Below are positions 31,303 to 41,820 of a stretch of 64,000 nucleotides of DNA, piece after piece (within the stretch, counting starts at the first letter, position 1; each line of letters starts with the position of its first letter). Under the pieces are notes generated by a model, which made no database searches, was not told the origin of the DNA, and worked only from the letters and a program-made list of their open reading frames with translations. Both the position numbers and the translations under genes were made by a program. Source of the stretch: an uncultured delta proteobacterium (GTDB taxonomy: Bacteria > Desulfobacterota > Syntrophia > Syntrophales > UBA2185); NCBI GenBank assembly GCA_963695875.1, contig CAVOID010000007.1:110877-174876 (forward strand), written 5' to 3'.

Positions 31303-31790
31303 TATTTAACTTCAGCGGGATTGATGCCATGGGAAGAAAGCTCTTGCAAAAGGAGCTTTTCCACTTCGGGAAATTTTTTTCTTATATGAGGTGTCAATTC
31401 AAGCCCCATATCCTTGTATTCGTAGGGAACAATGCAGAGAAAAATGACGTCAGGCAGCTCCTCGATTAGTTCCGCCTTGCAAAGTACATCCTGAAACGAT
31501 ACTTCGTGGGCTGATGTTGGTTGCAGTTCTTGTTCATCAATTTCTTCTTTTGTAAAGCGATAAATGGACCCCGGTTCATTTGACTTTATTACGTCGATAA
31601 CTAGAAGTTTATCGCAACTGCATACCGTATCAAGAAGTTTGTAACCGAGGGTTCCTCCCTCGACAATCCCAACGCCTTCCGGAAGCCGATAATTCTTCTC
31701 GAACCAGCGGACAAAATGGACACCGAATCCTTCATCCTGAAGAAGGATGTTGCCCAGTCCAAGGATCGTAATGTAATTCTTTTCTGACAT
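31302..31790 (-). CDS. Hydrogenase maturation endopeptidase (HyaD/HybD family)
   Basis: LGLGNILLQDEGFGV, EGGT, SAHE. Confidence 0.93.
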   Translation of the reverse strand: MSEKNYITILGLGNILLQDEGFGVHFVRWFEKNYRLPEGVGIVEGGTLGYKLLDTVCSCDKLLVIDVIKSNEPGSIYRFTKEEIDEQELQPTSAHEVSFQDVLCKAELIEELPDVIFLCIVPYEYKDMGLELTPHIRKKFPEVEKLLLQELSSHGINPAEVK

Positions 31791-31800
31791 ATTAGCTACA

Positions 31801-31836
31801 AGAAAAAAAGAATGGGGGAGAAAAATTTTCTCCCCC
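31801..31836 (-). terminator. Rho-independent terminator after the hydrogenase structural genes
   Basis: gggggagaaaa / ttttctccccc stem followed by a T tract on the minus strand. Confidence 0.75.
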
Positions 31837-31870
31837 TTGATATATCATTTCCTGCTCATTATAAAAGTGA

Positions 31871-32536
31871 CTATTTCTTTTCCTTTTCGAAAAGCAGCCC
31901 GCTGATCATGGAAGAGACTGTACCTTCTTTCAGCACTGCGTCATACCAGAAGGCCATGTATACGTGCACTATGATGAAAAGGATGAAAAGCCACGTGAGG
32001 ATGTGGTGCACAAAGCGGACGATGGCCAAGCCTCCCAGCATATTCTCCACCGGTTTTAAAATCTTATAGCAAAAAGCGGTGAATCCTGCATGATAACCCG
32101 CACCCATGAGGATCAAACCGGTGATGACGATGAGGAAGATCATGATAAAAAGGCCGCTGTATGCGATGGATTGCATAGGCCCATAAAGATGGCAGTGTTT
32201 AGGCGGTTCCTTCTTGACGAGCAGGTAAAACTTGATCTGGTCCCAGGTGCATTCGAAGTCGGTCCATGCAAAGAAATCCTTCCAGTCAGCATTGAACTTC
32301 GAGAAAAAGGCAAGATAAGCCCTCCATATGAAAATGAACATGAGGAGAATCCCGGAGATGATGTGCACATAGCGCATGTTCCCCATGAAGAACTTGTTCA
32401 CCGTCTCTCCTGCATAGATTGTAAAAGGGGTAGCGATATAGAAACCCGTTACAATCAGGACAAGTGTAGATATTGCCATGGCCCAGTGATTGATCATAAT
32501 TGCCGCAGACCATTCTTTTACAGGTTTTATTTCCAT
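31871..32536 (-). CDS. [NiFe]-hydrogenase b-type cytochrome subunit
   Basis: INHW, RYVH, RFVHH, IVHVYM heme-ligand histidines on four TM helices. Confidence 0.92.
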   Translation of the reverse strand: MEIKPVKEWSAAIMINHWAMAISTLVLIVTGFYIATPFTIYAGETVNKFFMGNMRYVHIISGILLMFIFIWRAYLAFFSKFNADWKDFFAWTDFECTWDQIKFYLLVKKEPPKHCHLYGPMQSIAYSGLFIMIFLIVITGLILMGAGYHAGFTAFCYKILKPVENMLGGLAIVRFVHHILTWLFILFIIVHVYMAFWYDAVLKEGTVSSMISGLLFEKEKK

Positions 32537-32554
32537 GGTTTTCCTCCCCTTTCT

Positions 32555-34231
32555 CTAAGCCACCCTGAATTTCCTGATTTCGTTGGTCTTTGGGTCGATG
32601 ATATGAACCGCACAGGCCATACAGGGATCGAAGGAATGAATGGTTCTCAAGATTTCCAGAGGCTGGTCCACTTTAGCAAGCCTCGTTCCGATGAGGGATT
32701 CCTCGTACGGTCCGCGTTTCCCCAACTTATCTCTTGGGGAGCAGTTCCAGGTGGAAGGAACTACAGCCTGATAATTCGCAATGACTTTGTTTTCAATTCT
32801 TACCCAGTGGCCTAATGCTCCTCGCGGTGGCTCCGTCATGCCGCGGCCCTGAACAGGTTTCCCCGGTACATCGCAGCGCGTCCATGTCCGGGTGTCCCCT
32901 TTCTTGATATTGGCAATGAGTTCATTGACCCAACCCTCAATATGGTCGGCCACGTACTTGGTCTCTATGCACCGTGATGCAGTTCTGCCCAGAGTGGAGA
33001 AAAGGGCGCTCACCGGAATGCTTGCTGCCTTAAGGGTTGCATCCACAAGTCCCTTGATTTCCTCATTACCTACGGCATATCCGACAAGCATACGGGACAG
33101 AGGACCTACCTCATGGGGCTGCCCGTTATATCTCGGCGCTTTGCACCAGGAGTACTTTCCATCTCCCTTCAAGTTGCCTTTGTCATCATAGCCTGTGTAT
33201 TCCGGATCAGTCGTGCCCTTGTAAGGATGTGCAGGCTCCGTGCCCTTGTACCAGGAGTGTGTTGCCTCTTCCGTAATCTTTTCCTCATCCAGTTTCAAGG
33301 GTTTGGCAATATCCCTGTTCTGGACCACGCCCCTCGGGAATAGGAAGGTATTCATGTCGTCGTCAAGTGGGAAACCGCCATAACTCAGGTAATTTTTCAC
33401 TCCCCCCCCGATGCCGGCTGCGCCTTCACCCTTGTAATAGGTTGCAGCGAGCAGTACATCGGGAATGTAGGCGGTTTCAATAAAGTTTTGCAGCTCTTTC
33501 AGACGGAAAACAAACTGGCCGAGACGATTGGCATCCAGGGCATCCATCACACAGGTAACACCGCCGACAACCAGGGACTGTGGATGGGGGTTCTTTCCGC
33601 CGAAGATGGTCTGCATCTGGGCAGCTACCTTGGATACCTGAAGGGCATCCAGATAGTGGGAAACTATGATCAGGTTTGCCTCGGGAGGAAGCTTGTAGGA
33701 GGGATTTCCCCAGTAGGCGTTTGCAAAAGGTCCGAGACGCCCTGACTTCACAAATTTTGTGAGGCGCTGCTGGACGGCTTTGTAATGCGTTTCCGAGCAA
33801 TTGTAGGGATCGGGACTATAGCCCCTGGCCATATCTACCGCCTTCTTCGGGTCCGCGGAAAGGGCGCTCACAATATCCACCCAGTCAAGTCCGTGGAGAT
33901 GGTAGAATTGCATGATATGATCACCCAGGTACCAGGAGCCCTGAATCAGGTTTCTTATAATACGGGCATTGGGGGGCGGTTTGATACCGAATGCATCTTC
34001 AACAGCCATGGTGCTCGCTTCATAGTGGACATAGGTACATACACCGCAGAATCTCTGGCAAATGAGCCCCGCATCCCGTGGGTCTCGACCTTTCAGGATC
34101 GTCTCTATACCCCGCCACAGGGTGATGCTGCTCCAGGCGTCGCTGATCGTATTTTTATCATCAACTTCACATTCTATTCTTAGATGTCCTTCAATCCTGG
34201 TTATGGGATCTACGATAATTCTTTTAGCCAT
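32555..34231 (-). CDS. Group 1b [NiFe]-hydrogenase large subunit
   Basis: DPITRIEGH, L1 QRFCGVCTYVH, L2 SFDPCMACAVH, cleavable C-terminal tail. Confidence 0.95.
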   Translation of the reverse strand: MAKRIIVDPITRIEGHLRIECEVDDKNTISDAWSSITLWRGIETILKGRDPRDAGLICQRFCGVCTYVHYEASTMAVEDAFGIKPPPNARIIRNLIQGSWYLGDHIMQFYHLHGLDWVDIVSALSADPKKAVDMARGYSPDPYNCSETHYKAVQQRLTKFVKSGRLGPFANAYWGNPSYKLPPEANLIIVSHYLDALQVSKVAAQMQTIFGGKNPHPQSLVVGGVTCVMDALDANRLGQFVFRLKELQNFIETAYIPDVLLAATYYKGEGAAGIGGGVKNYLSYGGFPLDDDMNTFLFPRGVVQNRDIAKPLKLDEEKITEEATHSWYKGTEPAHPYKGTTDPEYTGYDDKGNLKGDGKYSWCKAPRYNGQPHEVGPLSRMLVGYAVGNEEIKGLVDATLKAASIPVSALFSTLGRTASRCIETKYVADHIEGWVNELIANIKKGDTRTWTRCDVPGKPVQGRGMTEPPRGALGHWVRIENKVIANYQAVVPSTWNCSPRDKLGKRGPYEESLIGTRLAKVDQPLEILRTIHSFDPCMACAVHIIDPKTNEIRKFRVA

Positions 34232-35411
34232 GGTTTGCCTCCTCATCTTTTCCCTTGTGACGGATTGCACTGGCGACCGCATGCACTGCAACACCCGCTG
34301 CTGTTATACCTGTCAGGGCGAGCCCAATGTTATCAACTGTGCGCTCCCCACCTCCAATCGAAGCTTCGGCGATTGGCTTTTCCAGCGGAGCCATAGTGTC
34401 CCAGAATCCCGGTTCCGTGCATCCTATACAGCCATGACCAGCCATGACGGGCCAGGAGACGCCATCATTAAATCGCACTTTGCCGCAATTGGCAAAAGTA
34501 TAAGGGCCTTTGCAGCCGACGTTGTATAGGCACCAGCCTTTTTTGGCTCCCTCATCGCCCCACTCTTCTACGAACTCAGCAGCATCGTAGTGGGACCTTC
34601 TCTCGCAAACATCGTGGATCCTCTGTCCGTATGCCCAGATCGGTCTTCCTATCGAATCCAAAGCAGGCATGCCGCCGAACATGAGATAGTGAAGCAGTGT
34701 GCCAACAAAATTGACGGTATTAGGGGGGCAACCGGCGATGTTGACTGTTTCTATGCCCAGTACCTTGCTGATTCCTGCGGCGTCTGTGGGATTGGGCCTT
34801 GCAGCTTGTATATTCCCGTTGCAGGCGCAGGCGCCAATGCAAACGGTGGCGGCAGCCTTATGAGTCACCTCTTTAGCCACCTGGATTGATGTCTTACCTT
34901 TTGGACCGAGGGTTAGATATTTTCCATCTAATCCGCGGGGTATAGCGCCTTCGATGACACAGACAAACTTTTTCTTGAAATCAGCCATGGCCTTTTCCAG
35001 ATTCTGTTCCGCCTGATAGCCTGCGGCAGCCATAACTGTTTCATGGTATTCGAGGGAGATAGTCTCCAGGACGATGTCGGCGACATTCGGATACGAAGAA
35101 CGGAGAAATGCTTCAGTGCATCCTGTACATTCAGCAAAGTGGAGCCATACAATGGGAAGGCGGCTGAAATTTTCTGCGGCCTTCGCCAGGGCAGGCTGGA
35201 AAATTGGGGGCAACATCAATGCGGATGTCATGATGGAAGTCCATTTGATGAAATCCCTTCTGCTAACGCCGCGTTCCCCTAAAAGCTCATTTAAATCTTC
35301 CCTTGGCGGTGGGAGCTCTCTGTCCAAGCGTTCCTGATTGACTTTGCAGTATTCCATCAGTTGTTTATAATGATTGCTTACAGTCTTACTGTACTCATCG
35401 GAACCTTTCAT
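34224..35411 (-). CDS. [NiFe]-hydrogenase small subunit (Tat signal, C-terminal anchor)
   Basis: SRRDFIK, ECTGC, GCPP, IHDVCERR, GCKGP, GHGCIGC, TM anchor with His; GGAGG RBS. Confidence 0.95.
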   Translation of the reverse strand: MKGSDEYSKTVSNHYKQLMEYCKVNQERLDRELPPPREDLNELLGERGVSRRDFIKWTSIMTSALMLPPIFQPALAKAAENFSRLPIVWLHFAECTGCTEAFLRSSYPNVADIVLETISLEYHETVMAAAGYQAEQNLEKAMADFKKKFVCVIEGAIPRGLDGKYLTLGPKGKTSIQVAKEVTHKAAATVCIGACACNGNIQAARPNPTDAAGISKVLGIETVNIAGCPPNTVNFVGTLLHYLMFGGMPALDSIGRPIWAYGQRIHDVCERRSHYDAAEFVEEWGDEGAKKGWCLYNVGCKGPYTFANCGKVRFNDGVSWPVMAGHGCIGCTEPGFWDTMAPLEKPIAEASIGGGERTVDNIGLALTGITAAGVAVHAVASAIRHKGKDEEANHG

Positions 35412-35965
35412 ATTACCTCCTTCCATCATCTTAAATATTTTTCCCAAAAGGTTTTAGTTTCTTTTGAGATTTTGGAGAGTTAGTAAAGATCTGGTGTTTG
35501 CCAACGAACGCAGGGATACATGAGGCATAAACAGTATGCATGCCACATTCGCAGGGGTTGACATATGTCATATTCAACATAATGTCAATAAAAATCTGTC
35601 TGCCAGCTTTATCCTTTTATATGTAAAAATTGTTACATCTCTCAGGATTTTTTATCCATAGGGAAAATACGTGAAGGCGATGGTCAAATATCTCATTTAT
35701 CTGTCAGGAAATGGATGATAGATGCATAAGCACAAAAGATGCAGTACGCATCAGGGATGTTTCCAGTCTGGAAGGATGGCAGTAGGCGAGTCTTGTCCAG
35801 TAAAAAGGAAATTTAAATGCAAACGGCCAAAGGAATGAAGCATAGAGATTCCTGACAGGATGGATCTGTAAAAAATGCTGGTAATTTGTCCATACATAGA
35901 ATACAAATTCCTGGTTTAGAAAAATATCCGGCGTTCCTACGCCACTTTTATAAAAGGAGTTTTTT

Positions 35966-36811
35966 ATGAGTCAAGAAAACCGTTCTTTTCGCGGGGGTTC
36001 CAAATATGTTCTCGATGATGAACTGGCAAAGATTGTGAATGTTTCCATGGCCCTGGAGATGCCCCTTCTGCTCAAGGGTGAACCGGGTACAGGCAAGACG
36101 ATGCTCGCCCATGCCATTTCCGAAAGTCTTGAAGATGCCCCTGATCGTGCTGAACGTGAAGTCCAGCATGAAGCTGGTGGATGCCCTTGTATCAGTACGA
36201 TACCCTGACGCGCCTCAACGACAGCCGCTTCGGGGATTCCAAGCGGGATGTGAGCAACATCGAAGAATACATCCGGATGGGGAAAATCGGGCAGGCCTTC
36301 GTGTCGGAGGTGCGAACGGTGCTCCTGATCGATGAGATCGACAAGGCCGACAGCGATTTTCAGGATGACATGCTCGATGTCCTCGACCAGATGCAGTTCG
36401 ATATCATAGAGATTGACAAGACCATCACAGCCCGTAACCGGCCGGTGATAGTCATTACGTCCAACGCCAAGAAGGACCTCTCCGATCCCTTCCTGGGCCG
36501 CTGCAATTTCCACCACATTGCCTTTCCCGATGTCGGGATGATGCGGCTTATTGTGGATGTTCATTTTCCCAATCTGAGCAAAGAGATGGTCTGATTCCTG
36601 CATCGAGGCCTTCTACCGCTTGCGTGAATTCAAGGGAATTGAAAAGAAACCGGCCACGCGGGAGTTGATCAACTGGATTCGCGCCCTGAAAACGGACCCT
36701 GATTTTCAAGTGAAATCGCTTAACCGGGGGAATTTGCCCTATCTGGGCATCCTCTTCAAGAAAAGCGCCGATCTGACGGCGGCTGCCCAGCAGGTCGCGA
36801 GAATGCGCTGA
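35966..36811 (+). CDS. MoxR-family AAA+ ATPase (several frameshifts)
   Basis: LLKGEPGTGKT, LLIDEIDKAD, VITSN, KKPATRELINW across ORFs 35966, 36039, 36181 and 36620. Confidence 0.85.
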
Positions 36812-36817
36812 GAGGAA

Positions 36818-38019
36818 TTGGAATTGTTTGTCGAATTTTTTTATACGTTGCGTGAACGGGGGATTCCCGTATCTCCCACGTCTTTTTTGCGGCTGCAGAA
36901 AGCGTTGAGCCTTGGCGTGATCAAATCCGTTGATGATTTTTACACGGCCGCCCGGGCGATCCTCGTCAAAAGCGAGCGCTATTTCGATATGTACGATCAG
37001 GTATTTGCTCATTTTTTCAAGGGTGATTGCATTGCAGGCACCCGACGAGATTGAACTGACGGAGATCGTTAGGGCGCTCCTGGAAGAATGGCTGAAGAAT
37101 CCGGTCGGAAATCGCCGAGGCTCTTGGTCTGGATGAGTCAACGCTGAAAAAAATGACACCTGAGGAGCTGGTCCAATATTTTCTGGACCGTCTCAAGGAT
37201 CAGACGGAAGCCCACCATGGAGGAAACCGCTGGATCGGTACGGGCGGCACGTCGCCTGTAGGGCATTCGGGCTATCATCCCGGCGGCATGCGTGTGGGCG
37301 GGCGGTCCCGCAATAAATCGGCCATCAAAGTTGCCATGGAACGGCGATACAAGGATTATTCCCAGGAAGGACCCCTGACGGAGGTTCAGATGAGCGAGGC
37401 CCTGAAGCGCTTGCGCCGGATGGTGCCCTCGGGGCCGAAAGACGTGGTCAATGTGGATAAGACCATTTATGAGACGATGAGGAATGCCGGAGAAATCGAA
37501 ATCATCTTTGACCGACATCTGGCGGACCGTCTCAAGATTATCCTGATGATCGACAACGGCGGCTGGTCCATGGACCCATACATAGAGGTGGTGCAAACCC
37601 TGTTTCATTATGCCCGGAGCCAGTTCAAGGATCTGAAGATATACTTCTTCCATAACACCATTTACAGCCGTGTCTGGCAGGACCCGGAGCGACGATACAA
37701 ACCGGAGTTGATCGAAGATTTTATCCGCAAAGATCCGGAAACGCGGTTGATCATCGTGGGAGACGCAAGCATGGCTCCCTATGAGCTGATCCATAGCAAC
37801 GGCTCGATATATGTCGATGAGATCGAAGTAGGGACCGGCCTGGACCGTTTGAAATTTCTCGCACATACCTTCCGCCATGCCGTCTGGCTCAATCCCCAGT
37901 GCGAGCAGGAGTGGCGCCATACTTATACTATCGGCATCATCCGGCAGGTCTTCCCCATGTTCGAATTGACCCTGGACGGCCTGGAGAAGGCTGTTCAATG
38001 CCTCATGGCCAGACACTGA
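36818..38019 (+). CDS. VWA-domain (CoxE-like) partner protein (frameshifts near 37030-37130)
   Basis: HHGGNRWIGTGGTSPVGHSG, MIDAS-like DNGGWSMDPY, YFFHN, VGDASMAPYE, VWLNP. Confidence 0.82.
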
Positions 38020-38208
38020 TACACTTCACCAGATCGGTTACTGCTTAATGTAGGGCGACAGTTGGGGTAATTGAGAGCCCTGGGATAGTGCCGCAATCAC
38101 GAAGACTGCTTCTTCGTTACTTCTTGGGGGAGAATTATTACCGCGCACATACGCTCGTTCTGGAGATCAATTGGTCCGAAGACAGCAGGCAGCGCCTGCC
38201 ATCCAGGA

Positions 38209-39594
38209 TCAACCTAGGGGGGATGCCTTCGCCGTGCTGTCCAAGGTTGATACCGCCTCTGCGAAGAGGTCGTAGTCACCGGCAGCGGTGATTTTGCAGA
38301 TCATGATATCTCCGATGGTGAGGCTTTTCCCTTTCACATAGGTGATCCCGTCGATTTCCAGGGCCTGTCTCCGGCACCGTCCGGTATAGTGGAAATCGGG
38401 GCCTCCGCTCGTTCCTTCGATCATGACTTCCTGGATCGACCCAATCAGAGACTGGTTGATATCATACGAGATGACCGCCTGCTCTTCCATGAGGAGCTGT
38501 CTCCGGGATTCTTTTTCCCTCTCTGTAATACGGGAAGGATAAGATGCGGCTTTCGTGCCTTCTTCTCGGGAGTAGGTGAAGACACCCAGATGATCAAACC
38601 GTGTTTCTCTTACAAAGGACAGCAGCCGGGTGAATTTTGTCTGTGTTTCTCCCGGAAACCCAACGATAATGGATGTTCTCAGGGCTACACCAGGAATTAT
38701 TTCTCTCGCTTTTTGGGTGGCTTTTCTGATCAGGTCACTCCTGCCGCGTCTCTTCATGGCCGCCAGTATTTCATCGTCTATGTGCTGGATCGGGATATCA
38801 ATGTAGTTGCATATATTTTCTTCATTGGCGATTGTTTTAAGAATCTCATCAGTGAGTCCGGCGGGATGAGTATAAAGAAGTCTTATCCAGTGCAGCCCTT
38901 TTATGTATGCCAGTTTTTTAAGTAGAACGCTGAGGGACGGTTTTCCTTTCAGGTCACGCCCGTAGGCCGTTGTGTCCTGGGCGGTGATGATGATCTCTTT
39001 AACCCCGCCTCTTACAAGGGTTTCAGCTTCCGTCAGTATATCATCAATATCCCTGCTCCTGGCTTTTCCACGTATCGCCGGGATCACACAGTAGGAACAA
39101 CGGTTGGAACAGCCTTCGGCAATCTTGAGGTAGGAGGTGTAAAAAGGTGTCGTTGTGAGGCGGGGATAGCTTGCATCCATCAGGAAGGAAGGTTTGCCGA
39201 CGACGGATCTCCTGTCTGTTGGCTCAGAAAGAGCCAAGTTGTCCAGGTATTGCGCAATCTTCGGAACTTCACCCACCCCCAGGAAGAGGTCTACTTCCGG
39301 CAACTCTTTTTCTAAAATCCTTCCGTATCGCTGAGGAAGGCATCCTGTTACGACCAGGTGGGTGCAGGGTCCCTTTCGTCCTTTTTTCCATTCGGCCATC
39401 CTCAGGATTTCATCGATGGATTCTTCTTTTGCAGGCAGAATGAAAGCGCAGGTATTGACCAGGATGATATCCGCTCTTTCCGCTTTAGGTATGATGCGGT
39501 AGCCGCTCTTTGAGAGGAGTGCGGCCATAACCTCGGAGTCAACCAGATTTTTCGGACAGCCGAGGCTTACGATGTGTACCTTTCTACATTTCAA
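38209..39594 (-). CDS. rimO: Ribosomal protein S12 methylthiotransferase
   Basis: SLGCPKNLVDSE, NTCAFI, GCLPQRY, EGCSNRCSYC, TRAM domain with EIDG. Confidence 0.95.
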   Translation of the reverse strand: MKCRKVHIVSLGCPKNLVDSEVMAALLSKSGYRIIPKAERADIILVNTCAFILPAKEESIDEILRMAEWKKGRKGPCTHLVVTGCLPQRYGRILEKELPEVDLFLGVGEVPKIAQYLDNLALSEPTDRRSVVGKPSFLMDASYPRLTTTPFYTSYLKIAEGCSNRCSYCVIPAIRGKARSRDIDDILTEAETLVRGGVKEIIITAQDTTAYGRDLKGKPSLSVLLKKLAYIKGLHWIRLLYTHPAGLTDEILKTIANEENICNYIDIPIQHIDDEILAAMKRRGRSDLIRKATQKAREIIPGVALRTSIIVGFPGETQTKFTRLLSFVRETRFDHLGVFTYSREEGTKAASYPSRITEREKESRRQLLMEEQAVISYDINQSLIGSIQEVMIEGTSGGPDFHYTGRCRRQALEIDGITYVKGKSLTIGDIMICKITAAGDYDLFAEAVSTLDSTAKASPLG

Positions 39595-41792
39595 CGGTGG
39601 ATCTTTCTGGCCAGCACTTTTCTTGGTTTAACGCCATCGGAGGGACCGACGATTCCTTCTGATTCCATGCGCTCTATCATACGAGCAGCGCGGTTGTAAC
39701 CGACTTTCAGGTATCGCTGCACCAGGGAGATAGATGCCTGCCCCAATTCAGTTACCAGTTCGACAGCTTCGTCGTATTTTTCATCAAAATCTTTATCCTG
39801 TTGTTCGCCTTCCTTTGAATCTGGATGATATTCCGATATAGACTCATCGTATGCCGGCATGGCCTGCTTTTTCACGAAATCTACAATTCTCTCTATCTCT
39901 TTTTCAGATACATATGGCCCATGTATGCGGACCAGTTTCGATGTGCCGGGGGGCATATAGAGCATGTCCCCAAAGCCTAAGAGGTTTTCAGCACCTAACT
40001 GATCGAGAATCGTCCGCGAGTCAACCTTTGATGAGACCTGAAAGGAGATGCGTGTGGGGAAATTGGCTTTTATGACCCCTGTAATGACGTCGACGGATGG
40101 TCTCTGTGTGGCTAATATAAGATGAATCCCGGCTGCCCTCGCCATCTGGGCGAGGCGGGCAAGGGATTCTTCGACGTTTCTCTGTGCGACCATCATCAGG
40201 TCCGCAAGTTCATCGATGATTATGATGATAAAGGGCAGTTTAACTGGCAATTCCTTATCAGCTTCCTGTTTTCCATCGATATCATCAGTCTTAAGTGTTT
40301 TTTCTTTCGGCTTCTTTTCGATGAGCTTGTTATATGCCTCAATGTTTTTAACACCTAATTCGACAATTGTCTTGTATCGCTTTTCCATCTCTTCGACGGC
40401 CCATTTGAGAACCTGAGAGGCTTTTTGGGGGTCAACTACAACCGGATGGAGAAGGTGTGGTATCCCTTCGTATGCAGAAAGTTCGAGCCTTTTAGGATCA
40501 ATCATGAGGAATTTGGCGTCATCAGGTGGAGCCTTGAAAAGAATGCTGCAGATCATGGCGTTTAGGGAGACGCTCTTCCCTGATCCCGTTGTTCCGGCTA
40601 TCAATAGATGCGGCATCCTGGTGAGATCGGTGATCACGGGGGTTCCTACAATATCTTCCCCGAGGGCGATGGGGAGCTTGAACTGTGATTCAAGAAATGC
40701 ATCGTTATCTAAAACATCTTTCAGGTGTACAGGTTCCCTTTCATGATTGGGTATTTCAATACCAATGACCGCTTTTCCGGGAATAGGGGCAATTATCCTG
40801 ATGCTCGGTGCCCGAAGTGCTAAAGCCAGGTCGTCAGAGAGGTTAGTGATTTTAGTGATCTTAACACCGGGCGCAGGTTCCAGTTCATACATGGTAATAA
40901 GGGGACCAGGTTTGACTTCAACTACCTTTCCTTCGACGCCGAAATCGGCAAGCTTTTTTTCAAGGATCCGGGAATTCATAATGAGGCTGTCCCGCTTTAT
41001 CCTCGTGTCTTTCCGTTCAACCTGGTCTAAGAGTGTCAGAGGCGGCAGTTTAAAGACGCCGTTCTTTTGAAGGAATTCAAAGTGGGTCTGTTCCGACTTT
41101 TTCCTTCGCGTTTTTTCCGTCGATAGTAATGTGGCATCAATCACAGGAACAGTTTTCTTTTTTTCATCTTCGATTCTTCCCTTTATTCCGTTCAGCATTT
41201 GCGTGCTTTTGGAAGTGAGTCTTTTTAACCCGTCCCATGACACAATAGTAATGTCTTTACATCTTCTGCAGAGAGACACGAGGGATAAATTGACTATAAC
41301 GATGAGGGATATAATAAGGATAAGCACGAGGAGTATATATGTGCCTGTCCGATTGAGATACTCATTAAGGAATTCTGCAGATACACGTCCCAGGAGACCT
41401 CCTGCACCGAGTTTGACGCCATAGACCTGAACTTCGGCTAAGCCTGCTGAGAGGAAGGTAGAGGTGGAGAATATGAGGCCAATGAATCCAGCTACCCCCG
41501 CAAGACTGATTCTAAAATCTTCATCAAGAAAGTACCTGAAGGAAATTATTAACAGGGCAAGAGGAATGACAAATGCCCCTATCCCAAAAATCCTGATGAG
41601 GGAATCAGCGGTATGTGATCCGACAGAACCTATGAGGTTGTGCGTCTTCATATCGTCGGTTAAAAAATGCGTAAAGGATGGATCCTGAGGATGGTAAGAA
41701 GCTAAGCACAGCAACAGGAATATGGCACATGCCAGGCAAATCGCTCCCGATATTTCTCTTAACTTTCTGTCGTCCAATATCGCTTCTTTCAT
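39591..41792 (-). CDS. ftsK: DNA translocase FtsK
   Basis: N-terminal TMs, HLLIAGTTGSGKS, IDELADLM, ATQRPS, gamma domain GYNRAAR. Confidence 0.96.
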   Translation of the reverse strand: MKEAILDDRKLREISGAICLACAIFLLLCLASYHPQDPSFTHFLTDDMKTHNLIGSVGSHTADSLIRIFGIGAFVIPLALLIISFRYFLDEDFRISLAGVAGFIGLIFSTSTFLSAGLAEVQVYGVKLGAGGLLGRVSAEFLNEYLNRTGTYILLVLILIISLIVIVNLSLVSLCRRCKDITIVSWDGLKRLTSKSTQMLNGIKGRIEDEKKKTVPVIDATLLSTEKTRRKKSEQTHFEFLQKNGVFKLPPLTLLDQVERKDTRIKRDSLIMNSRILEKKLADFGVEGKVVEVKPGPLITMYELEPAPGVKITKITNLSDDLALALRAPSIRIIAPIPGKAVIGIEIPNHEREPVHLKDVLDNDAFLESQFKLPIALGEDIVGTPVITDLTRMPHLLIAGTTGSGKSVSLNAMICSILFKAPPDDAKFLMIDPKRLELSAYEGIPHLLHPVVVDPQKASQVLKWAVEEMEKRYKTIVELGVKNIEAYNKLIEKKPKEKTLKTDDIDGKQEADKELPVKLPFIIIIIDELADLMMVAQRNVEESLARLAQMARAAGIHLILATQRPSVDVITGVIKANFPTRISFQVSSKVDSRTILDQLGAENLLGFGDMLYMPPGTSKLVRIHGPYVSEKEIERIVDFVKKQAMPAYDESISEYHPDSKEGEQQDKDFDEKYDEAVELVTELGQASISLVQRYLKVGYNRAARMIERMESEGIVGPSDGVKPRKVLARKIHR

Positions 41793-41820
41793 CTAAATTG
41801 ATTAAAGATTTTCCAAGAGA

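Noticed and set aside
32555..32640. Selenocysteine-containing [NiFeSe] hydrogenase
   Set aside because: L2 motif is DPCMAC with ordinary Cys codons; no in-frame TGA.
37138..38016. Long antisense ORFs (also 18430..19191, 25397..26071, 32090..32815, 54105..54452)
   Set aside because: Shadow frames overlapping well-supported genes or tRNAs; no motifs or RBS.
38020..38208. Possible ncRNA between the VWA gene and rimO
   Set aside because: Only short partial complementarity and no match to 6S, SRP, tmRNA or riboswitch motifs that I can see.
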